NCBI GenBank assembly: GCA_963422395.1
Contig: OY729431.1
Span: forward strand, 2,496,001 to 2,560,000
Direction: 5' to 3'
From: Vicinamibacteria bacterium
GTDB taxonomy: Bacteria; Acidobacteriota; Vicinamibacteria; Marinacidobacterales; Marinacidobacteraceae
Length of the DNA stretch: 64,000 nt
The notes under the pieces are model-generated. The model was given only the letters and a program-made list of their open reading frames with translations. It ran no database searches and was not told the origin of the DNA. A program made the translations under genes and the position numbers. The first letter of the stretch is position 1; every line of letters starts with the position of its first letter. Shown here in pieces: positions 39,687 to 47,718 of the stretch.

Positions 39687-41735
39687 GTCGCCCCCCGCAC
39701 GGGGGGCGCGGATTGAAACTTCTGGAATCGCACATTGGAGACATTGAATGCGGTGTCGCCCCCCGCACGGGGGGCGCGGATTGAAACCGTGAGGCTGTCC
39801 AGGATCTCTCCTGCTATGTATGGTCGCCCCCCGCACGGGGGGCGCGGATTGAAACTCCTTTGCCGGCTTGCCGGCGGTTGATGTTGGAGTCGCCCCCCGC
39901 ACGGGGGGCGCGGATTGAAACATCGCAGTCCGCGCATTTCCTCGCGTCGCTCTTTGTCGCCCCCCGCACGGGGGGCGCGGATTGAAACGCACGCTGGGGC
40001 AGGAAAGCCGAAGAGCTCTATGTCGCCCCCCGCACGGGGGGCGCGGATTGAAACTCATCGAACCGGGGGCAAGCCCCCCAAAGGAAAAAGTCGCCCCCCG
40101 CACGGGGGGCGCGGATTGAAACATCGTGTTTTTCCTTTGCCGGCGGGCTGCCGGCGTCGCCCCCCGCACGGGGGGCGCGGATTGAAACTGATCAGGATTG
40201 ACAATCGCTAGCCGACTGCGCGACGTCGCCCCCCGCACGGGGGGCGCGGATTGAAACGAGTGAACGGAACGCCATTCGCGTAGGCAGCCGAGTCGCCCCC
40301 CGCACGGGGGGCGCGGATTGAAACTCGTCTGTACGGCGTGCTGGGCAGCCCGTAGGGCAGCGTCGCCCCCCGCACGGGGGGCGCGGATTGAAACTCGTGT
40401 ACGGGCTGGTCAGCCCGCCCAGCCCAGCGTCGCCCCCCGCACGGGGGGCGCGGATTGAAACAGTGGGGTGCCGCCGCCGCGCAGTCCGCGCAAAGTCGCC
40501 CCCCGCACGGGGGGCGCGGATTGAAACCCTCTCTGGTCGCGATCATCGGCAGTCTGCCGCGTCGCCCCCCGCACGGGGGGCGCGGATTGAAACCCCACTT
40601 ACTGCCACGCTGCCCTACCCCATGCGTCGCCCCCCGCACGGGGGGCGCGGATTGAAACCATATCCGCATCGCATTCCGCGCAGGCCTTCACGGTCGCCCC
40701 CCGCACGGGGGGCGCGGATTGAAACTATTCCATCCGGACTTGGTCCGACACCGCCTTGAGTCGCCCCCCGCACGGGGGGCGCGGATTGAAACCACTTCCT
40801 GCTGACTGCGGCAGTCGGCATCTTGGTCGCCCCCCGCACGGGGGGCGCGGATTGAAACTTTGTCTCCTCCTCGATTTCCGCCCATCGGCGAAGGACGTCG
40901 CCCCCCGCACGGGGGGCGCGGATTGAAACTCCTTTGGCGGCCGGCGGCCGCCGTGTTGTTTGAGTCGCCCCCCGCACGGGGGGCGCGGATTGAAACGCTA
41001 GGCGGGCGTTGGATTTGCGCCTCCCGCCGCCGGTCGCCCCCCGCACGGGGGGCGCGGATTGAAACGTTGGATGCGGCCCGGACCAAAGCTCCTTGCATGC
41101 GTCGCCCCCCGCACGGGGGGCGCGGATTGAAACCTCCTTTCGGCGGCCGGCGGCCTCCGTGTTTGAGTCGCCCCCCGCACGGGGGGCGCGGATTGAAACG
41201 GTTGCGATTCGTGGAGTATGTCTGCTCGAATCGGGTCGCCCCCCGCACGGGGGGCGCGGATTGAAACCCTTCATCGCAACCGAACACCGCCCCCGGCGGC
41301 GTCGCCCCCCGCACGGGGGGCGCGGATTGAAACCTTTGGCGCCGGGTTAGGCGCCGGTTTGATTCGCGTCGCCCCCCGCACGGGGGGCGCGGATTGAAAC
41401 CAAGTGCACCTTGCCGGAGTGCTTTGAGGACCTGGGTCGCCCCCCGCACGGGGGGCGCGGATTGAAACTTCCTGGATTCGCGGCGATGATGCCGTGTTTC
41501 CTGTCGCCCCCCGCACGGGGGGCGCGGATTGAAACCGCGCGCGTGTCTGTCCCTAGTGGGGACGAGCTGCGTCGCCCCCCGCACGGGGGGCGCGGATTGA
41601 AACGCCAAAGCATCGCTGACGCTCGCGAAGCCCGCGGTCGCCCCCCGCACGGAGGGCGCGGATTGAAACTCCATGGATTGGCGCCGAGGAACCGGTGTTC
41701 CCGTCGCCCCCCGCGCGGGGGGCGCGGATTGAAAC
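39687..41735 (+). CRISPR. Type I-C CRISPR array: 31 repeats of 33 nt (GTCGCCCCCCGCACGGGGGGCGCGGATTGAAAC) and 30 spacers of ~32-38 nt
   Basis: Counted directly. The last two repeats (41637, 41703) each carry one substitution, marking the trailer end. Confidence 0.99.
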
Positions 41736-41766
41736 GGGGCACTGAAGAGCGCCGCCCGGATTCTGC

Positions 41767-42147
41767 CTACCCTACCGAATCGGTGATCCAGCGGAGGTAG
41801 TCGGGGTCGCCGGCCCCAGCCCGGCAGGCGAGGAACTCCGGGGTGTCATAGGAGTGGAGAGCGAGGAGGCGCTGCCGGAGGGATTCGAGCCGCTCCCCCG
41901 TCGTCTTCATCAGGAGGAGCGCCTCGTCCTCGCGCTCGACCTCGCCGCGCCAGCGATAGACGGACCGGATGGGAGAGAGGATGTTGATGCAGGCGGCAAG
42001 ACGCTCGCCGACGAGCGCCTCCGCAAGCCGCTCCGCCTCCTTCCGGCCAGGGGCGGTGGTGAGCGCCAGCCAGGTCTCCGGCCCGCTGGACGGGGGACTG
42101 GATGCCCTCGCCGGGTCGGCACTCGCCGTGCTGGATCGCCGGGACAT
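41767..42147 (-). CDS. cutA: Divalent-cation tolerance protein CutA
   Basis: LVGERLAACIN, SVYRWRG, LMKTT, HSYDTPE, YLRWI. Confidence 0.92.
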   Translation of the reverse strand: MSRRSSTASADPARASSPPSSGPETWLALTTAPGRKEAERLAEALVGERLAACINILSPIRSVYRWRGEVEREDEALLLMKTTGERLESLRQRLLALHSYDTPEFLACRAGAGDPDYLRWITDSVG

Positions 42148-42204
42148 CGGAGACCCTGGGGAGTGCAGCTGCTCCGTTGCTTCGAGCGGGGCGCGCCGAC
42201 GCCT

Positions 42205-42849
42205 TCAGGCGGCTTCGGCCTGATTCTGCTCTTCCACTTCGGCGCCGAGGGCGGCCGACAGGGTGAAGGTCTCGTGCGCAGCACGCAGTGCGTCGTCCGG
42301 AGTCGGGAGAGTCTCCCCGACCCGGTCGATGCCGCTCCGGGCCTGCTGCCAGCACTCCCGCTGCCGGCTCCCATAGGGATCGAAGTAGCGAAGGTTGCCG
42401 GCGAACTCCGGACGGGCGGCCTCCAGGGCGCGGCGGATGAAACGGTTGCCGTTCATCGAGCCTTCGACCACATAGAAGGCGCCGAGCGCGGTGCCGGCGG
42501 ACCACTCGGCCCCTCCGAGCCGCTCCACGAAAGCGGCGACCGCTGCGGAAGGCTTCGGCGCCTCACCATCCGAGAGGCCCTCGAGGTCCTGCGCCAGGCG
42601 GGAAGCGTGGGCGGCAGCCGCCCGGCGGAACGCGCTCCATTCGCCTGACTCCTGCGGGAGCCGGGAATGGAGGGCGCTCAAGAGTTCCAGCATCCCCGAC
42701 TGGAAGGCGGCGAAGGCCGGGCGGGACACCTCGCCGCGGACGAGAGAGCGCTGGAACGCCTGGTTTTCGGCGGCGGCGTGGTCCTCGGCGGTGGCCTGCT
42801 TCAGCAGATCGGCGAGGGGAGTCACGGAGGCGCCGTTCGTGCTCGACAT
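42205..42849 (-). CDS. Biliverdin-producing heme oxygenase-like protein
   Basis: LKQATAEDHAAAE (proximal His), LAQDL, YVVEGSMNGN, YFDPYG, AHETF. Confidence 0.85.
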   Translation of the reverse strand: MSSTNGASVTPLADLLKQATAEDHAAAENQAFQRSLVRGEVSRPAFAAFQSGMLELLSALHSRLPQESGEWSAFRRAAAAHASRLAQDLEGLSDGEAPKPSAAVAAFVERLGGAEWSAGTALGAFYVVEGSMNGNRFIRRALEAARPEFAGNLRYFDPYGSRQRECWQQARSGIDRVGETLPTPDDALRAAHETFTLSAALGAEVEEQNQAEAA

Positions 42850-43007
42850 CAGGAGAGACGGAAAGCGGACCACGCCGCGGCGGCGGCGATCCCGAGCCAG
42901 ACGAGACCCTTGACGAGGAAGAAGAGGAAGGCGGCGCCCGCAGCCCGCTTGGCGATCCGAGAGTTACGGAACCTGCCCCACATTCCGGTACCGGATTTCG
43001 ATTCCAT
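42849..43007 (-). CDS. Small single-TM protein (FLFFLVKGLVWL)
   Basis: Basic N-region plus one hydrophobic helix; TGA overlaps the heme oxygenase ATG. Confidence 0.6.
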   Translation of the reverse strand: MESKSGTGMWGRFRNSRIAKRAAGAAFLFFLVKGLVWLGIAAAAAWSAFRLS

Positions 43008-43110
43008 GTCCGGGCAGGCTAGTCGCGCACGGCTCACGGGTCAACGCCAGCTCGGCGCGCGAGCCTGGCTGCCGACATCCTGCGGCCCGCCCTGGGTCAA
43101 GCGCCCTGGG

Positions 43111-44700
43111 TCAACGAACGCGGCGGAACTCGGTGTCGCCGATCCGGAGACCGGCAGGCTTCCCGGCCGCGTCCAGCCGGAAGCTGATCAGCGCCTCGCC
43201 GCGCCAGCGGGCGTCCCAGGCGACCCGGAAAGTGTCGAAGTGCCAATGACTGAGCGGTCCTCGGAGGCCCGGACCGTAATCGAGACGGAGGGCCTCGCCG
43301 TCCAGACGCACCACCGCAGTGCCGCCGAGTTCGTGCTCGTAGGTCCCACCGTAGGCGGCGGAATCGAGGCTCGGTGCCGTGCCGAGGATCCGGCGGGCGC
43401 GCATCTCTTCGAGGGCGGCCGCCTGCGCTTCGGCGAGGCCGTCGTAGAGCGCGAGGAGTTCGGCGCTCCAGTCACGCTCCGGCGATCCGAGCAGCGCGTC
43501 GAACGCGCGCAGCATCAGCGCGTGGCGGACCTCCACATGATCGCGGTTCCCGAGGACGAAGACCCCGATCTTCTCGTCGCGGACGAGACCCGCGATCGCC
43601 ACCATGCCGTCGATGCTCCCGGTGTGGAAATCCACTGCCTGCCCGCCGTAGTCCTGCTGGAACCAGCCGAGCCCGTAGGTCACCCAATGGGGCTTCGTGA
43701 GCCGCTCCGTCGGATAGAAGCCCGTCCGGTCCACGAGAGACTGCGGCCGGAACATCTCCTCGACCACCGCTTCGCTCAGAATCCGGGTTCCATCGGCAGC
43801 GACTCCGGAGGCGAGGAGCATCCGGAGCCAGAGCGACATCTCCCGGACCGAACTCCACACCGATCCGGCGGCGGCAACGGAGTCCACCGAGGCGTTTTCG
43901 ATGACCACCGTCTCGCCGTCCACGAGGTGGTGCGGCGAGGCGACATTGGCCCGGCGGCGGGCCAGGGAAAGCAGCGGCGCGGTCCGCTCCATGCCGAGCC
44001 GGTCGAAGATGCGGGAGTCCACGAAGTCGTGCCACGGCATTCCCGAGACCCGCTTCACGACCTCGCCGGCGGTCGCGTAGAGCACATTCTGGTACACGAA
44101 TCCGGAGCGCATCGAGTAGGCCGGCTCGACCTGTCGGAGCCGTTCGAGCATCTCCTCCATGTCGGTCTCCTGTCCGTACCAGAAGACATCGGTATTCGGG
44201 AGCCCGCCGCGATGGGTCAGCAGATCGCGCACCGTCATCTCTCGGCTGACCCAGGCGTCCCGAACCGCGAACTCGGGGAGGTGCCGGCGCACCGGATCGT
44301 CCCAGGCGAGCTTCCCCTCGTCCACGAGCATGCCGACCGCGGCGGCGGTCATCGCCTTCGTGGTGGAGCCGATCGCGAAGAGGGTGTCGGGGTTCACCGG
44401 GTTCGGGCTTCCGAGTTCCAGCACTCCGTAGCCGCGGGCGAAGAGGAGTTCGTCTCCGCGCACCACGGCGACCGCGAGCCCGGTGGCGCCCCAGTCCGAA
44501 ACCGCCCGGGCCGCATAGTCGTGGAAGGCCTCGGCATCGAAAGCAGCACTGGATTCATGGACAGCACCGGATTCTCGTCCGGTTTCGCTTTCTGGGGGCG
44601 GGGAGGCGGGCTTCCTCGCGCCCGGAACCGCCTCGGCGGCGGGCGCGGACCCGAGGAAGATCGCCAGCAGCAGCCGGGGGAACGACGGGAAGCGGATCAC
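43111..44700 (-). CDS. Serine hydrolase (beta-lactamase class C-like) with DUF3471-like C-terminus
   Basis: FAIGSTTK (SxxK), DLLTHRGG, YQN, HTGSIDG. Confidence 0.9.
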   Translation of the reverse strand: MIRFPSFPRLLLAIFLGSAPAAEAVPGARKPASPPPESETGRESGAVHESSAAFDAEAFHDYAARAVSDWGATGLAVAVVRGDELLFARGYGVLELGSPNPVNPDTLFAIGSTTKAMTAAAVGMLVDEGKLAWDDPVRRHLPEFAVRDAWVSREMTVRDLLTHRGGLPNTDVFWYGQETDMEEMLERLRQVEPAYSMRSGFVYQNVLYATAGEVVKRVSGMPWHDFVDSRIFDRLGMERTAPLLSLARRRANVASPHHLVDGETVVIENASVDSVAAAGSVWSSVREMSLWLRMLLASGVAADGTRILSEAVVEEMFRPQSLVDRTGFYPTERLTKPHWVTYGLGWFQQDYGGQAVDFHTGSIDGMVAIAGLVRDEKIGVFVLGNRDHVEVRHALMLRAFDALLGSPERDWSAELLALYDGLAEAQAAALEEMRARRILGTAPSLDSAAYGGTYEHELGGTAVVRLDGEALRLDYGPGLRGPLSHWHFDTFRVAWDARWRGEALISFRLDAAGKPAGLRIGDTEFRRVR

Positions 44701-45546
44701 GGGGAGCAGCCCTCCTCTCCCGGCAACAGCGGGCGGGCAGCGAGCTGGTAGAGCGTCCCCCGATGGTTCCAGCGGGTCGCGTGGTTCGCGGTGCTGAAGA
44801 TCTCGAGAAGGCGAGCGGCGGCGACGCCTTCGTGGACGCTGCAGGAAATCCGGGATTCGCCGCCGGTCGGCGGGTCGGGCAATGGCCAGGGAAGCTCGTT
44901 CGCCACCGTCGGATCGGCCGGATGCGGGTTCGAGATCATGTACACCTGCAGCCGGTCGCCCTCATAGGGGGCCGCAGCGGCCGTGAGGTCGCCGAGCCGC
45001 TGGACGAGTGCCTCGATGGGCGCGGCCCGCGGGTCCGTGTGTCGGACGGCGCCGAACGCCTCGATGGAGACCCGGTGGACGCCGCCGCGCTCTCGCAGGA
45101 CCACTTGGAGGTTCGGTGCGTCGGCGATGATCGGCCCGGTGCTCGGCTGGGATGTGGAGGATTTCCACCTCGGGAAGCACGGTGGCCGCCGCCGCCGCGG
45201 CCACCGAGTCGAGCTCGGCCGCCGCAAGCTGCGTCATCAGGATGTTCGGGAGGATCGGCCCCGGATAGATCTCCAGGATCGGACCTTCCGAGTAGAGGAC
45301 TCCAGAGACGGTCAGCGCATGCAGCGGAGGACGACCGAGTTGGTACTCGATGGGGATGAATCCGCCCGTCTTTTGCACTTCGAGGAAGATCACGCCGGGA
45401 TCTTCGGGCAGATCGAACCCCAGGGGACCCGGGACCGGCTTCGGCGGGAGCAGGGTCGCGGGTCCAGGATGGTCGTCCGGTCCGCAGCCGGAGGCGGCGA
45501 TCATCACCGGCAGCAATGCGGCAACGATCGGCAGCAAACCGGTCAT
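44697..45546 (-). pseudogene. Lipoprotein gene split by one frameshift near 45150
   Basis: 5' ORF has a lipobox (AASGC) and TGGFIP..IYPGPILPN; the protein continues in another frame as IADAP....YQLAARPLLPGE. Confidence 0.65.
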
Positions 45547-45560
45547 CGACAGACCCCTCG

Positions 45561-45646
45561 GCAGCCCGTGGAGGAAGCGGCGCGACCCCCGAGACGGATG
45601 CCGCTCGCATACCCGGCACGGCCGTGCGGCTTCGTCCAGGGACTGT
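45561..45646. mobile_element. Short degenerate MITE of the same TIR family
   Basis: Starts GCAGCCCGTGGAGGAAGCGGCGCGACCCCCGAGA; ends GGCCGTGCGGCTTCGTCCAGGGACTGT, resembling the reverse complement of 16221-16247. Confidence 0.6.
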
Positions 45647-45674
45647 TCACCGGCCCCGCGCGCGGGCGGAAGGC

Positions 45675-46775
45675 TCAGAAACCGATCCCATCACCGATCG
45701 AATCCCTGATCACTCGAGCGAGCCCGTAGAGCCCCGCCGCGAGCAGGCCTCCGATCGCGGCGAGACGGCCTCCGCTGCGAAGAGCGCTCGATCCGGAGAA
45801 CAGGCTCGCCGCGGCTCCCGAGCAGAAGAGCGCCAGTACCGCGAGCGCCGACGCGCCGAGGAGGGCCGTCCCCTCCGGGAGCAGGAGAAGCGGGACCAGC
45901 GGAATCGCAGCGCCGGCGCCGAAGCTTGCGAAGGAAGCGAGCGCCGACGCCCACGGTGAGCCCAGGTCGTCCGGATTCAGGCCCAGTTCCTCCCGGGTGA
46001 GCACATCGAGCGCTTTCGCCGGGTCGTCGATCAGCCGCTTGCCGAGCGTCCGCGCCTGTTCCCGTTCGAAGCCGCGCGCCTCGAAGATGAGCGCCAGCTC
46101 CTCGGCCTCGTCGTCCGGATAGAGGCGCAGTTCTTCTTCTTCGAGCGCGATCTGCCGCTCGAACAATTCGACCCGGGAGCGCGCTGCGAAGTATTCCCCG
46201 GCGGCCATGGACACCGCACCGGCGAGCATCCCGAAGGCGCCGACGAGCAGCGCGGTGTGCGGTTCGGCACCGAGCCCACCGACCGCGAGCACGAGCGCGG
46301 TATTCGACACCAGCCCGTCGCCCAAGCCGAAGACCGCGGCGTGGAGGGCCACCACCCCGCGGGTGTACAGGTGGCGCTGTTCTTCGCCGAGCAGGTGATG
46401 GCGGGGTCCGGTCCGCTCGGGGGCGTCGGCCTCCCGTTCCAGCAGCGCTTCGAGGTTCGACGGCGCCGCGCGGTACAGCGAGAGCCCCCGCACCTTGAGC
46501 GCGGCGAGCGCGGGAAGGAGCGAGCGCGGGCCGATCCAGCGGACGAGAGCCCCCACCAGCCGCACCCGGAAAGAGGCCTCGTAAGGGCCCGGTGCGGGAT
46601 CGCCTGCTTCTGCGATCGCCCGCACCCACGCCTGGCTCTGCTCCAGCGCGTCCTCCGAGAGCGCTTCGAAGAGGCGCTGCTTCTCTCCGGTCTCCACTCC
46701 GGCGAGCACCCGGTAGAGCCAGGCCGCCTGGACCTCGCTCTCCCAGCTCTCCCGGAGCGACGCGCGGTCAGCCAT
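45675..46775 (-). CDS. VIT1/CCC1 family Fe/Mn transporter with N-terminal ferritin-like segment
   Basis: AAVFGLGDGLVSN, AGAVSMAAGEY, ELALIFEARG, REELGLNPDDLGSPW. Confidence 0.9.
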   Translation of the reverse strand: MADRASLRESWESEVQAAWLYRVLAGVETGEKQRLFEALSEDALEQSQAWVRAIAEAGDPAPGPYEASFRVRLVGALVRWIGPRSLLPALAALKVRGLSLYRAAPSNLEALLEREADAPERTGPRHHLLGEEQRHLYTRGVVALHAAVFGLGDGLVSNTALVLAVGGLGAEPHTALLVGAFGMLAGAVSMAAGEYFAARSRVELFERQIALEEEELRLYPDDEAEELALIFEARGFEREQARTLGKRLIDDPAKALDVLTREELGLNPDDLGSPWASALASFASFGAGAAIPLVPLLLLPEGTALLGASALAVLALFCSGAAASLFSGSSALRSGGRLAAIGGLLAAGLYGLARVIRDSIGDGIGF

Positions 46776-47718
46776 GCGCCGAAGCCAGATCCTCGATCAT
46801 CGGACCCACCGGCGAGTCGTCCAGCCAACGGGAGAAGGCTCGGGACGCCCCGCGCACCCAGGCCGAAGGGAACGGAATCACTCCCACCCGAAACGAGCGC
46901 AAGCCGGCGCGGAAAGTTCCGTCCTCGACGGAGGGCTGGGAAGCCAGGATCAGGTTCACGAAGCGCTCTCCGAAGAGCGGAGCCGAAAACGGAAACGACG
47001 CCCGCACCTCGAGGTTGTCGTCGAGCATCGCCAACTCGAGACGGAGGCCGGGGTCCAATCCGGAGGCCGCCGATACCTCGGGCCAGGCAGCAGCCATCCG
47101 GGCCCCCATGAGCGAATCGGCGGAGTGCGATTCGACGGAGAGCGTCCGCCGCTCCGCCTCTGCGGCAGACGCGCCGAGCGGGGCCGCCACCGGAGTCTGG
47201 TCGGTGAGCAGCAGGAAGGCGACCGCGACGATGGCGAGCAGGGCAGCGCCGATGGCCGCAACCACCGCGAGCGTGACCAGCGCCGAGCGGAGGCCCCGCG
47301 CCAGGATCGTACCGAGCAGCACCCCGGGGAACATGCCGGCGAGCGGAACGAGCAGCGAGAGGAGCTCAGGAACGTCCAACGCCTCTAAAGCCCACCAGGA
47401 CGTGTCGGCCGAACTCAGGGCGACGAGCACTGTGAGAACCGCCCCGAGCGCGAGCGAAGGGAGGAGGACGAAGAAGAAAACGGCGAGGATGCCGCGCATC
47501 CGCGGGAGCGCGAGCGGAACCAGCAGACCGATCGGGGTGAACCAGAGCGCCTGCCGCGCGAGCCCGGAGGTGAGCGAGCCCAGGTCCTGTCCGGGGAAGC
47601 CGAGCTCGGGCCCGGCCGAGGACGCGTACCAGCACCAGGCGGCGAGCCCGAGGAGCGCGCCGAGGTTCCTGAACCCGAACCGCGGGGGAGTGGTTTCCAC
47701 CCGGGAATCCTCCACCAC
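46768..47718 (-). CDS. Hypothetical membrane protein
   Basis: Several TM helices then a soluble C-terminus; in a tightly packed gene run. Confidence 0.6.
   Translation of the reverse strand: MVEDSRVETTPPRFGFRNLGALLGLAAWCWYASSAGPELGFPGQDLGSLTSGLARQALWFTPIGLLVPLALPRMRGILAVFFFVLLPSLALGAVLTVLVALSSADTSWWALEALDVPELLSLLVPLAGMFPGVLLGTILARGLRSALVTLAVVAAIGAALLAIVAVAFLLLTDQTPVAAPLGASAAEAERRTLSVESHSADSLMGARMAAAWPEVSAASGLDPGLRLELAMLDDNLEVRASFPFSAPLFGERFVNLILASQPSVEDGTFRAGLRSFRVGVIPFPSAWVRGASRAFSRWLDDSPVGPMIEDLASAHG

Noticed and set aside
39720-41702. Self-targeting spacers within this window
   Set aside because: None noticed by eye; not exhaustive, needs BLASTN.
39573-41800. Repetitive ORFs (FQSAPPVRGAT, SPPARGARIET)
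   Set aside because: Translations of the CRISPR repeats.
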